Positions 59,830 to 64,000 of a stretch of DNA of 64,000 nucleotides are shown one piece after another (positions within the stretch are counted from its first letter, which is position 1; every line of letters begins with the position of its first letter). Where the stretch lies: positions 6,634,001 to 6,698,000 of the forward strand of contig CM007989.1 of NCBI GenBank assembly GCA_002189035.1. The letters are read 5' to 3'. The notes under the pieces are model-generated. The model saw only the letters and a list, made by a program, of their open reading frames with translations. It had not been told where the DNA came from and ran no database searches. The position numbers and the translations under genes were made by a program. This stretch comes from Utricularia gibba (Eukaryota > Plantae > Magnoliophyta).

Positions 59830-60751
59830 ATGGGTTCATTTATTGGGCATATGATTCCGGGGACATTATTTGTACTTATTGGCCTGTGGCATTCGTGGTG
59901 TGCTCTAGTTAGATTTGTATCAAACCCAAAATCATTTCGTGTGAGAGTTTGGAACCCTGTTCCTGGGAAGTTCAGGCATTTGGAGCTCTATATAATTGTA
60001 GTGGGTGGTTTCATTGATCTCTGTATAGAGTTTTTTGTTGGAACTCATCTCAAGATCATTGTCAATGGTTCCTTGAACCCTTCACATCTTAACAACTTTG
60101 AGCACTCTGGGATGTTGGTGATGTTCTTCATTTTTGGTGTCATTGCATTGGTTTCAGAGACAACAAGGTAGTTGACTTCACTCTTTTAACTGCAAGAGGT
60201 TTTTTCTTTTTTTTTTTTTTATCAGAGATTTGCTTTTATGAACCCCCTTTTTATTGCTTGTTTTCAGCATTCTTCCATTGCCTGAAGGAGCTCTCTGCCT
60301 TATAGCATCAACAGCATTCACAGCAGAATACTTATTGTTCTACTTCCACTCAACAACGCACACAGGCTTAGAGGGATACTACCACTTTATCCTTGTGATC
60401 TTGATAGGTCTCTGTGTAGTGTCAACAGCAGCTGGAGCCTTAATCCCTACAAGCTTCCCTGTTGATTTATGCAGTGGAATTGCTATAACGCTTCAGGGAC
60501 TCTGGTTCTACCAGACAGCATTCACCCTCTACGGTCCGATGATGCCGGAAGGATGTGTGCTCAAGCCAAGGAATGAAATTTCATGTAGCTCAGATGAAGC
60601 TGCGGTTCATGGTTCGCTTTTGGCTAATGCCTTGCTGTTTACTCATGTGTTCATTCTTCTTGCTGCTCTTGCTGGTGCTTATGTCTATCTGGAGCGAAGA
60701 TTTCGGTATAGATCGGGTTCCTCCAATGCTCTGCAGGATGATTTTGAATAG
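59830..60751 (+). CDS. TMEM45/DUF716 family transmembrane protein, 2 coding exons
   Basis: MGSFIGHMIPGTLFVLIGLWH, LNNFEHSGM, LLFYFHSTTHTGLEGYYH and ITLQGLWFYQTAFTLYGP. One intron at about 60168-60268. Confidence 0.93.
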
Positions 60752-61119
60752 AACTGTAAAAGACATGAGTTTGCTCAAGGAAGATGAGGAAATCAGAATA
60801 AATCTCAACTTCAGTGTTTGCATGACTGCGTTTGTTCAAGTTACCTTTAATGGTCATTACTATTCATATCTGCCATTACAGCATAATGTTTGTCTTCCAA
60901 ACAACAGAATGACCAACAGAAACCATAAAATGAAAACTGAAATGATTAACCAAAAATAACAATTTTGTTCATTTGAGGATTTTGGATCATAAATTCACTG
61001 AATGACTAGAAAAAGAAGCAACACTATATCAAAATATTCCAAACTCTTCACACTGCTGATTAAACCTCCCAAGCCAACAGGTAAAAGCCTGTGAATCACA
61101 CTCACAACTCCACTGTTTG

Positions 61120-61821
61120 TCATCTCTCAGAACCTGTGCGATAAGTAGAAAACACAGTATGAATTTACTCAATGTTCGGATATGTGAAAGAAGATATAGA
61201 AATGGTTGGTACAGTACCTTCCTCCGGAGGGAACAAGTGTTTGCTGATTCGTTGCACCTGATCTGCGACATTTTTCGAATTCGAAACCATGAAACTTCTC
61301 ATGTTTGGCATAAAGGCATCCCAATTCCCCATCTTCAGGGATGGTTGCACATCATTAGACATGTAGGAGCTGGTGTCACTACCCCAGGGATCTCCTCCAA
61401 CACTACTCCCCAGTCTTGCACCTCTTCTCATTATAGTGGATGCTAACACATATAAAGCACTCAATCACCACGAGAAATCCACTTAAATTATAAATCACAA
61501 AGGCTTATGCAAGAAGATAGTCTGATGTTATGTTCACAAGCTCAAAAGCGGTAGGAGTAGAAATAGATGATTGATCCCACCCGTTTGAGCTGCCTGCAAG
61601 AGGTATTTTGCAGGGAGACCAATTCCAATCCCTAAAAAGGTGATTCCAACACTAAAACCAGCACCACAGCCGGCCCCAACATAGCCAATAACCTCTGGGC
61701 CAAATCCAGGACCCCATCCCACACCACAACCAATGCCTATTCCAACACCCCAAAAGGCACCACTTGTTGGATGCACAGGATTCCACCTTTCATATCTCCT
61801 GAAAATGCTCCTAATGATCAT
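61120..61821 (-). CDS. Glycine-rich protein, cadmium-induced AS8-like, 3 exons
   Basis: MIIRSIFRRYERWNPVHPTSGAFWGVGIGIGCGVGWGPGFGPEVIGYVGAGCG; introns start at 61580 and about 61212; ends EEG|SER*. Confidence 0.88.
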
Positions 61822-63045
61822 TTCCACCTGAATCACATACGCAACAAAATGCATTCCCAAAATATCAAGATCATCACGCATCATATTCCATGGCACACCA
61901 AATGCAAACTGAAGCATACATCAATAGTGAAACACACGATTCAAAAGTTTCCAACATGGAAAACAAAAAGAAAAAGCAAAATGAAGAGAAGAATCAGTGC
62001 GTGCAATTACCCACTCACCCAGGTTCCTAGGAATGCCTCCTAAACCAGAACATGAAAACATAAAATCACCACACCTTCTCAAGAAAACCCAGAATCTTCA
62101 ACATAACCTCAAACAACGAGACAAATCATGTTCTCGTATCACAAACAAAGAGCAGGAGGACAAGAGTGAAGTTGTTTAAGGATAATGGATAACGTTGTTA
62201 ATGCCAATCGAATGAGAGCTGCTCATGAGCTTGGGCCACATTGTTGCACATTTGGGCCGTACTCTAAATCTAGGTACGTAGGCTCAATACGCACATGTTT
62301 ACTTGACATGGTTATCGGCCGGTCCACCCGCCGGTCCGAACCGAAACTGAATGAAAGTTCCGGTTTGCTTCACTAAAATTTGAGTTCCAAACCAAGCGTA
62401 TATCTAAATTTACTTTTAAATCGAATAATTTTAAAATAAATAATGTAATTTAGTATCAAATTAATCATTTATAATCTCTTTTTACAATTTAATATTTATA
62501 CAAAAAATAAACATTTGGTTGGAAAATAATTTACTATTTAAACCTAACCAAATAAGGATAAATTCATTTCTTAGACATCGTTTGATAATAAAATATTAGT
62601 ATATTTAAATATAATATGATTATACTCATGATGATGCCTAAAAATAAAAATCTGACTAAATAAATAATATAGATATAATTAACCTAACTTTCTATTTATA
62701 TATATCATCCATATACTCATTTTAGTATATTAATATCATATAAAATTAATATATATATATATATACATACATATTAATCAAATATCAATATATATCTACA
62801 TTTGAGTAGAAACCTTATATACTCAACTATCAAGCACCCTTTTAATCAATTGTAATTTTACTAAATTTGGAAGGTAGGTTTGATTTACCAGCATAAATCA
62901 GTGTTACATCTTACTGAACAGCAGCTGCCGTTGATTTGGATTCATCCCCCCCTAGGCTACCATAACTAGACTTTACCAGCAAACAGGAAACGAACAAAAG
63001 AACACAATGAAGGATGCATGTAAAAGAACGTAGATGGGCACCAGA

Positions 63046-64000
63046 TCAGAGGATTGACCAGAACATCTTGCGACAAAACAAGACTTGCTGGCTTGCCTTG
63101 TGCTTATCTTCAAGCAGATGCAACGAGGTCTCCCACAGGAACTTGGGTGCAAGACCCTTGATTCTCCTTATCATTCCTTCATCTTCTCCTCGTATGATGG
63201 CATATCCCTGCATGCCCAACATGTTGGAACTCGAGGGGAGGCATGTTTTCTATTCATTCATGAGCTACTGCTGCCAGACACGTACCTGGGGTCGGAGCAT
63301 CCTGTCCATTTCGAGCATGATGTCTTCTACCAAGCAACCCTTATCTTGGTAGTGAGAAAACACACCGTTTGCATGTAGCAGATCGTAGGAACGTGGATAG
63401 GTAGAGAAGCCTTCGCACCTGTGGCATGGCAGAAACATGGTGAAAAGAAATATGGGATGCTTGGTTGCCATTAGTGCAGTTTATCTTACCAGTCATGGAA
63501 TGCGCCAATCATGCCACGGCCATATATAGCGGATAATGTATTGTTCATACTGGAGGGGACTACGTTCATAACCCACACTGGCCATGTGGAAAGCGCTGCA
63601 CCGAATCCGCCTAAGAAAGCTGACATGTCCATTACATTTCTGATTTCACTCTCTTGTACACCCATCAACCTCCAGTACTCACGAACTTGCTCCTGCCAAT
63701 AGAGACTGTCTAGCAAGAAATTTTCTCTAGTCACACCTGCAAATGAATCTTCCAGTCAGCACAGAGTGGCTAGGCAAGGAGAGGGTGTTTCAGAGAAATG
63801 GATAGTGTCATAAGAACTGGAGAATACCAACTCCTAGTCACCAAGTTTATGCAAGAAACACACCTAAATTTATTGCAACATTAGATAGTTCTATGACTCA
63901 AACATCGATCCTTCTTTTTTCAGAAAAAAAAAAAGAGCAACGCCCAGCATACCTAACGTACTGAGATAATCCGAATACTCAGATAGAAGCTGTGGTTTAG
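63046..64000 (-). CDS. PMT/QUA2-like SAM-dependent methyltransferase (Methyltransf_29), 3' exons only
   Basis: [39 protein letters not shown]|[29 protein letters not shown]|GYAIIR...LAPKFLW...[10 protein letters not shown]. Visible exons lie within 63046-63735. Confidence 0.93.

Noticed and set aside
1-64000. CRISPR arrays, rRNA, tRNA, intact transposase or RT genes, organellar insertions
   Set aside because: None recognised; the window is eukaryotic nuclear DNA with spliceosomal introns and only short simple repeats.

Overview
Gene-dense nuclear DNA from a flowering plant, probably a eudicot: about 20 spliceosomal-intron genes in 64 kb, short introns and AT-rich spacers. In order: 3' part of PRMT5; a decayed charged low-complexity exon; two tandem GT4 glycosyltransferases with a LEA4-group gene between them; pectin acetylesterase; a small conserved membrane protein; a GH31 alpha-glucosidase (HGL1-like); a polyamine/paraquat LAT transporter; an unexplained 26.6-30.2 kb segment; an ankyrin protein; histidinol dehydrogenase; a PsbP-domain protein; APC8/CDC23; RPN9; mitochondrial rpL35; a TOPLESS-related corepressor; TMEM45/DUF716; an AS8-like glycine-rich protein; and the 3' end of a PMT-type methyltransferase. 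I found no rRNA, tRNA, CRISPR array or intact transposon. The best leads are: (1) a two-exon, possibly secreted microprotein with a duplicated NVFPPxxNxxEY motif, which the ORF track splits; (2) a GT4 paralogue missing its GGME loop, a possible pseudoenzyme; (3) a 4-TM orphan gene that a 36-nt GT-AG intron would fuse to an upstream ORF; (4) a U12-like intron; (5) an AUG-stop element before the polyamine transporter; (6) a possibly NMD-triggering 3'UTR intron in PRMT5. Three genes each lack one base, at or near short homopolymers, which suggests consensus errors. All calls are by eye and from memory of protein families; no database search was run.
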